Shown here piece after piece: positions 29,688 through 39,048 of a stretch of 64,000 nt of DNA. Source of the DNA: Verrucomicrobiota bacterium (lineage in GTDB: Bacteria > Verrucomicrobiota > Lentisphaeria > Lentisphaerales > Lentisphaeraceae); NCBI GenBank assembly GCA_039798785.1, contig JBDKFG010000001.1, forward strand, positions 96,001 through 160,000, given 5' to 3'. A model generated the notes under the pieces. That model ran no database searches. It worked only from the letters and a program-made list of their open reading frames with translations, and was not told where the DNA came from. Every line of letters starts with the position of its first letter. Position 1 is the stretch's first letter. Both the position numbers and the translations under genes were made by a program.

Positions 29688-30023
29688 TCAGGCGGCGGGG
29701 ACGCCGATCTGCCGGGCCTCCCGGAGGATGCTGGCGGCGAGTTGGCGGACCCGGGTTCCCGGGGGCAGTTCGGCGACGAAGCTGTCGACGCCGCAGCGCA
29801 TGGCGACGCGCACCCGCCCGCCCGGAACCGGCCGCAGGCTGGTGATCTTGACGGCGGCAAGGGCCGGCACGTGCAAGGCGTCGAGGCTGCGGCGGAGGAT
29901 GGCTGCGGCGCGGCGGAAGTCGCGGGTGCCGAGGGCCCAGATCTCATCGAGGCGCGAATCGGCGCTGCCGGTGAACCAGGTGCCGCTGAGAAGAATGTCG
30001 CTGATGTCGTGTCCGTCGCTCAT
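29688..30023 (-). CDS. Hypothetical protein (111 aa) divergent from the WYL regulator
   Basis: GAAGGAGA ribosome-binding site upstream of the ATG at 30023. Fills the gap between the terminator and the WYL gene. No recognisable family. Confidence 0.65.
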   Translation of the reverse strand: MSDGHDISDILLSGTWFTGSADSRLDEIWALGTRDFRRAAAILRRSLDALHVPALAAVKITSLRPVPGGRVRVAMRCGVDSFVAELPPGTRVRQLAASILREARQIGVPAA

Positions 30024-30073
30024 GGGGTGTCTCCTTCGGGTTTGGTGGCTGTCTGAATCCAGGATGCACCTTG

Positions 30074-30099
30074 ACATGAGACAATTTCGTGTCACATGT
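30074..30099. promoter_or_regulatory. Palindromic operator candidate for the WYL regulator
   Basis: ACATGAGACA-N6-TGTCACATGT (9/10 inverted repeat) overlapping TTGACA at 30071-30076. Confidence 0.6.
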
Positions 30100-30133
30100 A
30101 GATGAATTCGAAAAAATATCGGGAGCGGTCGTT

Positions 30134-31096
30134 ATGTCGAAGGAGAGGAACGAGAGGTTGCGGCTTCTCGTCGGCTTGTTGAAGACGGGGCAGGATATGA
30201 GCGCGAAGCGCATCAATGTCGAGCTCGAGCGCAAGGCAATGCGGCAGGTCGACCGGCGCACCCTGCTGCGCGATGTGGCCTGTTTGCGGGACGAGTTCGG
30301 GGCGCCGGTGGACTACGACGCCTCCCGGCGTTCTTATGTGCTGGTCGATCTGGCCTGGAAGCTGCCGTTGGGACTGGTGCGGAGCGAGGCCTTGCTGCCG
30401 GCGGCTTTGGCGCTGGGTTCGGCGCAGGCGAGCCTGCCAGGGGATGGAGGAGAGGAGCTGGGCGAGATGCAGGACGCCCTTTTTCTCGCCATGGGGGGGC
30501 GTTCCCGCGAGGCGGCCGAGAGTCTGATCGTCTCTTCCAGCGCGGCTCCGGCGATGCCTGAAGGCGTCCTGGCGACGCTGCTGGAGGGCTGGCGCTCCTG
30601 TCGCCGCATCCAGGGCCGATACCGATCCTCCGGCGGCAGGATCGAGGAGCGTCAAGTCGAGCTCCATGCCTTGTATCATGTCGACGGTTTCTGGTACGCC
30701 GCCGCCTATTGTCACCGCCGGCTGGCGCCGCGCACTTTCGCTTTGCATCGCTTCGACAGCGCCGAGATCCTGCCGGAGCGGTTTCGGCGCGACGAGACCC
30801 TGGTCCGACGGGTCCGGGACAGCGGCGGATTCACCGACATGGACCGCCTGGAGGGGGTGGAGTTGCGCCTGCGCTCCTGGACGGCCCGCACGGCGCAGGA
30901 GCGGCCGCCCTTTCCCGGCGCCAGCTTCCGTAGCGATGCCGGGGGGCTGCTGATGAGTCTTTCGAGCGCACCGTCGGAGCGGCTGGTCTCGTGGATACTG
31001 AGCCAGGGAGGCATGGCGGTGGCGTTGGCACCGGCAAAACTGAAAAGACTGGTCCTCAAGCGGGCCGAGGGGCTTGTCAAGTCGCACGGAGGCTGA
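30134..31096 (+). CDS. WYL-domain transcriptional regulator (HTH-WYL-WCX)
   Basis: HTH VDRRTLLRDVACLRD..GAP..Y, WYL domain Y.S..R.V..L....WYAAAYCHRR..RTFALHRF, and C-terminal WILSQG..P..L. Confidence 0.9.
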   Translation: MSKERNERLRLLVGLLKTGQDMSAKRINVELERKAMRQVDRRTLLRDVACLRDEFGAPVDYDASRRSYVLVDLAWKLPLGLVRSEALLPAALALGSAQASLPGDGGEELGEMQDALFLAMGGRSREAAESLIVSSSAAPAMPEGVLATLLEGWRSCRRIQGRYRSSGGRIEERQVELHALYHVDGFWYAAAYCHRRLAPRTFALHRFDSAEILPERFRRDETLVRRVRDSGGFTDMDRLEGVELRLRSWTARTAQERPPFPGASFRSDAGGLLMSLSSAPSERLVSWILSQGGMAVALAPAKLKRLVLKRAEGLVKSHGG

Positions 31097-31188
31097 GTTT
31101 TCCCGGGATTTTCCTTGTCAAGCATCTCGGGGGGCTTGCGGAGAGCGGCGAAGGAGTGGTATCATTGGGCGCAAGACCAGGACGCCAC

Positions 31189-31764
31189 ATGTCAGCTTTC
31201 CTTTTTAATATCGCCTGTCCGCGTTGCGAGACGCGGATCGCCATTCATCTCGGGCGGCAGAGCACGCACTGCCCGCGCTGCGAGTTTCTGGTCAGGATCA
31301 GCGATCCCGACGGGCTGCTTAGCGACTTCAAGGCGAACGGCCTGGCGGACTTGGAGTTCCATGAAGAGTCGATCCAGGAGAAATCGCCGGACGGCATTCG
31401 CATAGACGGATTGCGTCTGGTCTTCAGTCGCAGCGCCGGCGGTGCCAGCGCCCCTCAGGTGCCGCGCGCCGAGCCGGAGCCGGAGTCGATGACCGAAAGA
31501 GAAGATGCGCCCGAGCACAAGACCGCGCACACCCAGGCGATCCATCTGACATTCGATCCCTCGGTCTACATGAAGCAGATTGAGGAGCAGTCGCGAGGCG
31601 GGAAGCTGCGTCACCCGACCCAGGCGAAGATTCCTCTTCACAAGGTGATTCACGCCTCGAAAACAGCCAAGCCTCCCCCGCCGAGCCATCTGCGGATCTG
31701 GATCAGCGCCACTTTGGTGACACTGATCTTCGTCGTCATCATCATCGTCATCGCCCTCCGTTAA
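31189..31764 (+). CDS. Hypothetical protein with an N-terminal zinc ribbon and a C-terminal membrane anchor
   Basis: CPRC..CPRC and C-terminal IWISATLVTLIFVVIIIVIAL. Confidence 0.72.
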   Translation: MSAFLFNIACPRCETRIAIHLGRQSTHCPRCEFLVRISDPDGLLSDFKANGLADLEFHEESIQEKSPDGIRIDGLRLVFSRSAGGASAPQVPRAEPEPESMTEREDAPEHKTAHTQAIHLTFDPSVYMKQIEEQSRGGKLRHPTQAKIPLHKVIHASKTAKPPPPSHLRIWISATLVTLIFVVIIIVIALR

Positions 31765-32351
31765 TGGGCGGCGGATTCGGCCTCGGCTGGGAATTCGGTT
31801 GCGGGCGCCAGACTTGCCGGGTCGATCTGGGTTGGCTTCAAGGCCGAAACCAGACTGTAGCGGCTCTTCGGGACAGCATCGGTCTCGAAGGCGAGTTTGA
31901 TCACGGCGCCTTCGTTCACGGGGCGCGAGAGAAGAGTCTTTTCCCCGTCGGTTTCTTTTAGGCGGACCGGCGAGGCCGGCAGGCACTGGAAGATCCATGC
32001 CGCCGGGTTGTAGAGCTCCATCTCCTTCGCCATCATCAGGCAGGGCTGGGCCTTGCCGTCGCTTTGGCGGAGCATGTAGTCGCTGCGGCCGATGCTGTGC
32101 GACTTCTCCATCTTGATTTCAAGGACGACGAAGCTGTGTCCGGCGGCGGCCTTGCGGATCTGCGGCTTGCCTTCGGCGTCGAGATAGTTCAGGCTGTCGC
32201 ACAGGCTCGCCTTGATCAGCATGCCTTCGCGCAGACGGATGGGAAGAATGCCCGCCTTCTTGGGGGCGTTGGCGGCCGGGCTCAGGGTGGCGGCATCGCT
32301 TGCGGGGGCAGGAGTCTGGAGCAGCAGGGCGGCGGCGATAAGGCTGATCAT
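31761..32351 (-). CDS. Hypothetical exported protein
   Basis: Hydrophobic N-terminus MISLIAAALLLQ. Starts 15 nt after the hemC stop codon. Confidence 0.65.
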   Translation of the reverse strand: MISLIAAALLLQTPAPASDAATLSPAANAPKKAGILPIRLREGMLIKASLCDSLNYLDAEGKPQIRKAAAGHSFVVLEIKMEKSHSIGRSDYMLRQSDGKAQPCLMMAKEMELYNPAAWIFQCLPASPVRLKETDGEKTLLSRPVNEGAVIKLAFETDAVPKSRYSLVSALKPTQIDPASLAPATEFPAEAESAAH

Positions 32352-32365
32352 GGTCGCCCCTGTTT

Positions 32366-33280
32366 TTAGAGGATTTGGGACAGCAGTTGACGGCCACCTG
32401 CGTCGAGGAGTTCGGCAGCCAGGCGGCTGCCGCTTCCGCGGAGTCCGGAGACAAGGCCGGAGGCGCTGCGGCGGATCAGCTTCGAGCCGTCGGGCGAGGC
32501 GATGAAGGCGTCGAGCCGGAATTGATCCCCGAGGATGCGGGCGTGGCAGCCGGCAGGGATCTGGCAGGAACCGCCGATCGCCAGGTTGAACTCGCGTTCG
32601 ACCTGGACGCAGGCCGAGGTGTCGGCGTGGTCGAGCTGACGGATGAGCTCGAGCACCGGGGAGTCGGCGAGGCGGCATTCGACTCCGACGGCGCCTTGGC
32701 CGACGGCGGGGATCATCTGTTCGAGATCGAGGATGCCGGTGATGCGCTGGCCGAAGCCGAGGCGTTTAAGGCCGGCCGCAGCCAGCAGGATGGCGTCGTA
32801 GCGGCCTTCGTCGAGTTTGGCGAGGCGGGTGTCGACGTTGCCTCGGAGGAGTTCGATCTTGAGGTCCGGACGCCAAGCGAGGATCTGGGCGGCGCGGCGG
32901 AGCGACGAGGTGCCGAGGGTGGCGCCCTGGGGGATCTCGGACGGAGAGGAGATCTTGTTGGAGAGGAAGGCGTCGCGGGGGTCCTCGCGCTCCAGGATGG
33001 CGGCGAGCCCAAGGCCGGTGGGCAGTTCGGAGGGGACGTCCTTCATCGAATGGACCGCCAGGTCGGCACGGTTTTCGAGCAGGGCATCCTCGATCTCTTT
33101 GACGAAGAGCCCCTTGCCCCCGACCTTGGCGAGGGCCACGTCGAGGATCTTGTCCCCCTGGGTCTTGAGTACGAGCAGCTCGATTTTCGCCTCGGGCCGG
33201 AGAGCGAGGAGACGGGCGCGGACGTGTTCGGCTTGCCAGAGAGCCAATTTCGAGCCGCGGGTGGCGATGCGCAGGGTCAT
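32366..33280 (-). CDS. hemC: Hydroxymethylbilane synthase (porphobilinogen deaminase)
   Basis: IATRGSKLALWQA, GGKGLFVKE, AVHSMKDVP, GTSSLRR, RGNVDTRL, GGSCQIP. Confidence 0.97.
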   Translation of the reverse strand: MTLRIATRGSKLALWQAEHVRARLLALRPEAKIELLVLKTQGDKILDVALAKVGGKGLFVKEIEDALLENRADLAVHSMKDVPSELPTGLGLAAILEREDPRDAFLSNKISSPSEIPQGATLGTSSLRRAAQILAWRPDLKIELLRGNVDTRLAKLDEGRYDAILLAAAGLKRLGFGQRITGILDLEQMIPAVGQGAVGVECRLADSPVLELIRQLDHADTSACVQVEREFNLAIGGSCQIPAGCHARILGDQFRLDAFIASPDGSKLIRRSASGLVSGLRGSGSRLAAELLDAGGRQLLSQIL

Positions 33281-33516
33281 GATGGAATTACCTGGATGAT
33301 TGTGAAGTCTCCCAGTATAGAGCCGACTCAGACGCGGACAAGGTGTGCAGGCTGTTTGAGAGGCGCTATGTTGCGGTGATGAAACTCCACAAGCAGGGCT
33401 GCGCCAGCGCAGTTTATAGAGTGCAAGGTTGAATGACAAGATCATGAATATCGACGACAAGCCGACACAGCCGGGCGCGCCGGCCTCCGCCGAGGCTTTC
33501 CGGAGCGAGCGTTAGA

Positions 33517-34233
33517 ATGCAACTCCACATCAGCAGCCGCCGCATCGCCGAGCCCCGCTCGGCTCCGTCATCCTCCTTCCATCTCAAGGAAGGCGGGGAG
33601 ATCGCCTCGGGCTCCTTTGCCGGAGAGGGACGCTGCCGCTTCACCCTGTCTCTGCACGAGGGCCGCCCCCTCTTTGAGCTGGAGTCCGGAGAGGCCGAGA
33701 TCCAGGGGGTGAAGCTCGCTCCCGGACGACACAAGCTGGTGAGCGGCCAGCAGCTTGAGGTCGACGGACTAGCCCTGTCGGTCTCCATTCTCCATCCTGA
33801 GGCGAAGCGCAGCCGCTTCGGTTTTTTCACCTTGGCGGCCTTCGCCGTCGTCCTGGCCATCCTGGCGCTGCAGTTATTCGTGCCAGCTTGGCTGCAGCAG
33901 CGCGCCGACAATGGAACCGGGCTTAAGCGGCGCATCCTGCTTGACGCCGTCGCCGGCTTGATCGACGAGAAGCGCAAGCAGGTGGCGGAGATCCCCTCCG
34001 GCCTGAGCGCCAGCCGCGTCGGCATGCTCAAGGATCTGAAGGCTGAGCTCGATGCCATCGGTATTGAGATCCGTCAGAATCCCGACCGGATGAGCAACGC
34101 CGACTTGAGGAAGATCCGCGACTCCTTGGGCCGTTACGACGCCATCCGCGCCCAATTGATCGAAAATCCCGCGATCGACCTGATACCTCGCCTCGATCCC
34201 TCCTTGGCGGTCTCCGCCGCCCTGGCGCCTTGA
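33517..34233 (+). CDS. Hypothetical membrane protein with an FHA-like N-terminus, one TM helix and a helical C-terminus
   Basis: IQGVKL...HKLVSGQQLEVDG resembles the C-terminal half of an FHA domain. TM segment FGFFTLAAFAVVLAILALQLF. Confidence 0.6.
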   Translation: MQLHISSRRIAEPRSAPSSSFHLKEGGEIASGSFAGEGRCRFTLSLHEGRPLFELESGEAEIQGVKLAPGRHKLVSGQQLEVDGLALSVSILHPEAKRSRFGFFTLAAFAVVLAILALQLFVPAWLQQRADNGTGLKRRILLDAVAGLIDEKRKQVAEIPSGLSASRVGMLKDLKAELDAIGIEIRQNPDRMSNADLRKIRDSLGRYDAIRAQLIENPAIDLIPRLDPSLAVSAALAP

Positions 34234-34802
34234 TGAAGCTGGTTCCTTCGCGCCGGGGCTTGCGATGGTGGCTGATCGCCCTTCTGCTGCTGCCGCTGGT
34301 CGCCAGCCCCTTGTGGTCCTGGTTCCAGGAGTGGCGTCGCGAGCAGCTGGTGCGTCCGGTGGCAGAGCGTGCCGCAGCCAAGCACGGACTTCCCGTTTCC
34401 CTGGTCCTGGCGGTGATCAAGCAGGAGTCCCGTTTCCGCCCCCATTTGAAAGGCGGCAAGGGGGAATTCGGACTGATGCAGATCATGCCCGCCGTCGCGG
34501 CGGATTGGGCCAAGGCGAACCGCCGCGAATCCTTCCGCTCGCTCGACATCCTGCTCCAGCCAGAAACCAATCTCGAAGTCGGCTGTTGGCACCTCGCCCG
34601 TGCGGTGCGGCGCTGGCGCGATGCCGGCTATCGCGACTGGCTCAGCCTTGCTCTAGCCCAGTACAACGCCGGAGCCACCCAGGTTCTCAAGCAGGAGTGG
34701 GCGCCGCCGGACAAGGCCGGCGACGCGCTCTCACGTATTGACTGGAAAGGCGTCCGAGCCTACGTAGAAAAAGTCAGCGACTACAAAAGACGCTACGATT
34801 AG
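34233..34802 (+). CDS. Lytic transglycosylase (SLT domain), membrane-anchored
   Basis: LVLAVIKQESRF, GLMQIMP, NLEVG, YNAG, YV.KV. Confidence 0.92.
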   Translation: MKLVPSRRGLRWWLIALLLLPLVASPLWSWFQEWRREQLVRPVAERAAAKHGLPVSLVLAVIKQESRFRPHLKGGKGEFGLMQIMPAVAADWAKANRRESFRSLDILLQPETNLEVGCWHLARAVRRWRDAGYRDWLSLALAQYNAGATQVLKQEWAPPDKAGDALSRIDWKGVRAYVEKVSDYKRRYD

Positions 34803-34822
34803 ATCTCGGCCCGGCAAGGGAA

Positions 34823-34851
34823 GGCCCGCTCCGGATCTGCCGGGGCGGGCC
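34823..34851. terminator. Hairpin between convergent genes
   Basis: GGCCCGCTCCGG-ATCTG-CCGGGGCGGGCC. Confidence 0.5.
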
Positions 34852-34868
34852 CTGGAACGCCGATTCCT

Positions 34869-36908
34869 TCAGCTGATGTGGATGTCGGGCGTGAACTGGA
34901 TCAGGATGTCGAAATCTCCGGAGCTGTAGACCTGGTGTTCGCCGTCCTCGGCGAAGAAATAGTGGTCGAAGCTCTCGGCGCCCGAGTCGGTGATGTTGAG
35001 GGTCGTGAGCAACTCGTCCTCCGCCGATTCGTAGACGATGATGCGGAATCCGCTGCTGCCGGGCGCGGCGATCGCTTTGATTTCCGCGAAGCTTAGGATG
35101 TGGTCGGCGGAGGTGCTGCCGAGGCGCAGCACCTCGAGGTTTTTCAGCTCGGTTTCGGGAAGCCCGTACAAGGCGCCGGAAACGGTCAGATAGTCGACGC
35201 CAGCTCCGAAGTCGATGTTCACTCCGGCGGCGAGATCCAGTTCCCCCATATCGATGAGGTCGCTGCCAGAACCGCCTTTGATGCTGAGGCTGAGTTCGTC
35301 CATGAGAATTAGGTAATTGCCGTCGTTGCCGAGCTGGATCAGGCCGCTGCTGCCGCCGCTCGTCAAGTTGGCGAAGCTTTTTCCCTTGAGGCTGATCTGA
35401 TCGCGGCCGCCGCCGCAGGAAATCCAGGTGTCGGTTTCGCCCCAGACTGTCAAGGTGTCGTCGCCGGACTCGAGAGAGACATGAGCTTTGAGGTCGCCCC
35501 GGATGTCGATAAGATCGTTGCCGGCGCCGGCATAGATCTGGCCGCTTTGATTCCCTGCCACGCTCAGGATGTCTTGGCCTTCGCCCAAGCCGACAGAGGA
35601 GGCCGAGTCGCCTTTGAGAGTCACTTTGTCGTCGCCGGCATCTGCCTGGATGGAGCCGGAGAGGGAGTCGCCTTTGAGGGTCAGACTGTCGTTGCCCGCA
35701 CCGAGATAGATGTCGCCGGAGAGGCTCTGGAGGGTGTTCTCGACGATCTGCGGTTCATCTCCGAGGGATTGCGGCAGCAGCGTCATGCCGTTGTCGCGGT
35801 TGAGGAAGAGGATGTCGTCGCCGCTTCCTGCATCGATCCAGCCGAGGTTGTCGCCGTTGACGGTGAGTCGGTCGCTGCCTTCATTCAGGGCGATGCTGCC
35901 GTAGTTGCGGCGGCCGATGCTGGCCGTGTCGTCGCCAAGGCCGAGATTGACACCGGCCAGGAAAATGTCCGAGGGTATCTGGGTGATTAAAAGGTCACGC
36001 TTGATGACGAGGCTGTCTTTGCCGGCGCCGAAGTCGAAGTAAGGGTCGATGGCATCGCGGCCGAGAGTCATCTTGTCATCGCCGTCGTTGCCGTAGAAGC
36101 TGCCGCCGTAATCTCCGCCGAAGCTGACGACGTCAGCGGAGTTGCTGAGGCCGATGGTGCCGTAGCCGGATTTTTTCACCGTCACGGTTTTGACTTGGCT
36201 GGCCGTGGTGGCGGCGCCAAGGTCCGAGCCGGCATAAAGACTGCCGCTGAAGGAGCCGGCGCTGAAGCTGTCCTTGCCGCCGCCGAGATCGGCGAGTCCG
36301 TTGAAGGAGCCGGAGAGACTCACCGAGTCGTTGCCACTGCCGCTGTAGAGATCGTAGTACTCATCGCTGTAGGAGCCGCTGAAGTGACTCCCGGAGAAGC
36401 TGTTGTTGCCGTCGCCGAGGTCGATGATCGATTTCCATATGCTGACGCTGGATTTGATCTTGTCGTCGCCGGAGCCGAGGAGGAATTCCGCGTCGCTGAC
36501 GGTGCCGCCGCTGATCGTGACGTTGTCGGCGCCTTTGCCGGTGAAGATGTCGCCGCCGAAGAAACCTCCTTTAATCGTGACCGAGTCCGCATCATCATTC
36601 AGATTTTCATTCGGGGCGCCGGTGTCGACGAGGCCGAAGAAGCTCTTGCTTATGACGACGACATCCTTGCCTGCGCCGAGGGAGAAATTGACATTCTTGC
36701 CACTGACGCCTTTGAGGGTGAGGGTGTCGGCCAGGCTGCCGCCGAATATGTATTGCGGGGAGGTCGCAGAGATCGCGCCGCTGAGGAGGGCGATGCTGTG
36801 GCTGTGGTCTTCGTGATCGGGGAGGAAGGAGTCATCCAGCCGGGTGCCGACAAAGGGGAGATCGAGGTTGCTCAGAGAGTCATAGAGGAAGAAAGGCGTG
36901 GCGGTCAT
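34869..36908 (-). CDS. RTX-like Gly/Asp-rich repeat protein (putative Ca2+-binding beta-roll), paralog 1
   Basis: Many repeats of about 19 aa of the form (I/V)x(L/A)GxGxDx(L/V)x(I/L)xG. No N-terminal signal peptide. Confidence 0.82.
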   Translation of the reverse strand: MTATPFFLYDSLSNLDLPFVGTRLDDSFLPDHEDHSHSIALLSGAISATSPQYIFGGSLADTLTLKGVSGKNVNFSLGAGKDVVVISKSFFGLVDTGAPNENLNDDADSVTIKGGFFGGDIFTGKGADNVTISGGTVSDAEFLLGSGDDKIKSSVSIWKSIIDLGDGNNSFSGSHFSGSYSDEYYDLYSGSGNDSVSLSGSFNGLADLGGGKDSFSAGSFSGSLYAGSDLGAATTASQVKTVTVKKSGYGTIGLSNSADVVSFGGDYGGSFYGNDGDDKMTLGRDAIDPYFDFGAGKDSLVIKRDLLITQIPSDIFLAGVNLGLGDDTASIGRRNYGSIALNEGSDRLTVNGDNLGWIDAGSGDDILFLNRDNGMTLLPQSLGDEPQIVENTLQSLSGDIYLGAGNDSLTLKGDSLSGSIQADAGDDKVTLKGDSASSVGLGEGQDILSVAGNQSGQIYAGAGNDLIDIRGDLKAHVSLESGDDTLTVWGETDTWISCGGGRDQISLKGKSFANLTSGGSSGLIQLGNDGNYLILMDELSLSIKGGSGSDLIDMGELDLAAGVNIDFGAGVDYLTVSGALYGLPETELKNLEVLRLGSTSADHILSFAEIKAIAAPGSSGFRIIVYESAEDELLTTLNITDSGAESFDHYFFAEDGEHQVYSSGDFDILIQFTPDIHIS

Positions 36909-37039
36909 GGCGGGTCCTTCTGGATTGCTTGCTGTTCAGTATCATCCGCAGTCGCGGCAGTTGCAAAGAAAGTACCGCGCCCGGAGCGCTTCGGGTGAGG
37001 CTGAAATTCATCGGACTTCGGAAGCGGCGTCGCCGGGAA

Positions 37040-37660
37040 TCAGGAGCCGCCTGGCTTGGGGAACTGGCGTTCGAACATGTCGACGAAATACTGCAGGCCG
37101 GCGCCCTCCAGGACGAGCATCATCTCCAGGCTGCGGCCATTTGCCGACAGGCCGATGGGGGTGCAGAGCATCAGCTGAGCCTGGCCTTCATCGACGGTTT
37201 GCAGCTCGACATCGAAGACCGAGCAGTTGTTGTTGCGGAAGTAGCGCGGCAGATCGAATTCGACACACAGTCCGAGGATGTTCATCACTGATCCGATGAG
37301 GTTGGAGTTCATGATGTTGCCCATTTCCAGGAGGATGTCGTTGCGGGCCTCGACATCCTTGGGCAGATCCTGGCCGGCCATGATCAGTTCGATCCAGTCG
37401 ACCGGGTCGACATTGAAGACGCAGATGCCCTCGCCGCTGAAGGGGCCGCGAAAGCGCTGCAGGATGCAGCTGTGCCAGCCCGGCGAGCAGTTGCTCAGGA
37501 GCTCCTGCAGGCCGGCCGCGTAGACCACTTGCACCTTGTGCATGTGGATCTCGATCTTGTGGCTGGTCAAGTCGCTCAGCGTCGACGCTGCGCGGCCGAC
37601 GCCGATGTTCATCGATTCCGCCAGGATGTCGACCTCAAGGGCTGTCAAGGGCCGGGTCAT
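37040..37660 (-). CDS. CheC-like phosphatase
   Basis: Two ExxN motifs (LAESMNIGVGRAA and LLEMGNI), plus Q.F.GPFSG. Confidence 0.85.
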   Translation of the reverse strand: MTRPLTALEVDILAESMNIGVGRAASTLSDLTSHKIEIHMHKVQVVYAAGLQELLSNCSPGWHSCILQRFRGPFSGEGICVFNVDPVDWIELIMAGQDLPKDVEARNDILLEMGNIMNSNLIGSVMNILGLCVEFDLPRYFRNNNCSVFDVELQTVDEGQAQLMLCTPIGLSANGRSLEMMLVLEGAGLQYFVDMFERQFPKPGGS

Positions 37661-38037
37661 ACACCTGCCTCAAGTGACTTGAGGATCGCCGCAATCGCCG
37701 CGCTGTCGCCGGTCTTATTGAGGAATGCCTTGCACTTGAGTTCTTCAGCTTCTTCCTTGATCTTGTTCTGGATGTTGGCCGTCACCATCACCACCGGGCG
37801 CTCGGGATCGATCTGCCGGATCTGCCGCAGGGCCTGGATGCCGTCGACCACCGGCATCAGGCAGTCGAGGAAGACCAGGTCGTAAGGGCTGTTCTTTTCG
37901 ACGGATTGACGCACCATCTCGACTCCGATCTGGCCGTTGCTGGCCTGTTCGATCTGGGCGGCAGGAGCCGCCGCACTGATGTTTTTCATCAGAATCATCC
38001 GGCTCATCATGGAGTCGTCGACAACGAGAATGCGCAT
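37657..38037 (-). CDS. Single-domain CheY-like response regulator
   Basis: ILVVDDS, FLDCLMPVVDG, VTAN, FLNK. Its stop overlaps the cheC-like start codon. Confidence 0.9.
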   Translation of the reverse strand: MRILVVDDSMMSRMILMKNISAAAPAAQIEQASNGQIGVEMVRQSVEKNSPYDLVFLDCLMPVVDGIQALRQIRQIDPERPVVMVTANIQNKIKEEAEELKCKAFLNKTGDSAAIAAILKSLEAGV

Positions 38038-38153
38038 AGAGCCTCCTGAATGTGGCAGTCGTTACCGTGTCCCGAGGCGCAGACTTCATGCCATGGTCAT
38101 TGCGCCGCGGCGGCCAGGGTGTGCCGGGCGGCGAGTGTCGTTTTTTGCGACAG

Positions 38154-38945
38154 TCAGCGGCTGTGACGGCGCCGCCAGACTTCGCCCAGGACGGTTGCGG
38201 CGGCGGTGGCGACATTGAGGGATTCGACGGCGCCGCTGCCGGGGATGGCGATGTCGGCCTGGCAGGTCTCCCGGCATTCGCGGGTGAGTCCTTCGGCCTC
38301 GCTGCCGAAGACCAGCAGGAGTTTCGAGGGGAGTTCGGCGGCATAGAGGTCGTCGCGTGCGTGTCCTGAAGTGGCGAGGCAGCGGAAGCCGGCGGCGGCG
38401 AAGGCTCGCAGGATCGGCAAGGGGTTTTCGCTGTCGATGAAGACCAGTTTCTCGAAGCCGCCCTCGGCGCTGCGCGCGGCGGCGGAGCTGAAGCCGGCTC
38501 TTTGGCGCCCGCAGGCGATCAGGGCGGCGGCGCCGAAGTGAGCGGCGACGCGGGCGATGGCTCCGAGATTGTGGGGGTTGCCGATGTCTTCAAGAAGGAT
38601 GACGGTGGCCGGGCCGGGGCGAGCGGCGAGCTCGGCGGCGAGTCGGGCCGGCGAGGGAGGAGGAGGGGGGGCGCGCAAGAGCACGCAGATGCCCTCGTGA
38701 TGAGTCGAGCCGCTGACTTTTGCCAGCTCCGCCGCGTCGGTGACGCGGTAGCCGAGGCGCTGGCTCGCCAGCCAGCGCATCTCGTCGCCGAAGGCAGGTG
38801 CGCGGCTGTCCTCAAGCCAGACCTTGATGATCGCCTCGGGGCGGTTCTGGAACACGGCGCGGCACGCCGCGGCGCCGCAGATCTTGAGTTCGTCGTCGCG
38901 ATCCGCGAAAGGGCCGGGCGGGGGGAGGGGACGGGCGTCTGGCAT
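38154..38945 (-). CDS. TrmH/SpoU-family RNA methyltransferase
   Basis: HHEG, LEDIGNPHNLGAIAR, FGSEAEGL, IPG.G.VESLNVA. Confidence 0.92.
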   Translation of the reverse strand: MPDARPLPPPGPFADRDDELKICGAAACRAVFQNRPEAIIKVWLEDSRAPAFGDEMRWLASQRLGYRVTDAAELAKVSGSTHHEGICVLLRAPPPPPSPARLAAELAARPGPATVILLEDIGNPHNLGAIARVAAHFGAAALIACGRQRAGFSSAAARSAEGGFEKLVFIDSENPLPILRAFAAAGFRCLATSGHARDDLYAAELPSKLLLVFGSEAEGLTRECRETCQADIAIPGSGAVESLNVATAAATVLGEVWRRRHSR

Positions 38946-39048
38946 GGCTTTCTCCTGTTTTTTTTCGCCGGCAAGATAACCCAATTGCCAGACTTATGTT
39001 GCGCCGCCGCCGGGTTTGGCCTATGTTTCCGGCGGAGGAGAAGTCCTG

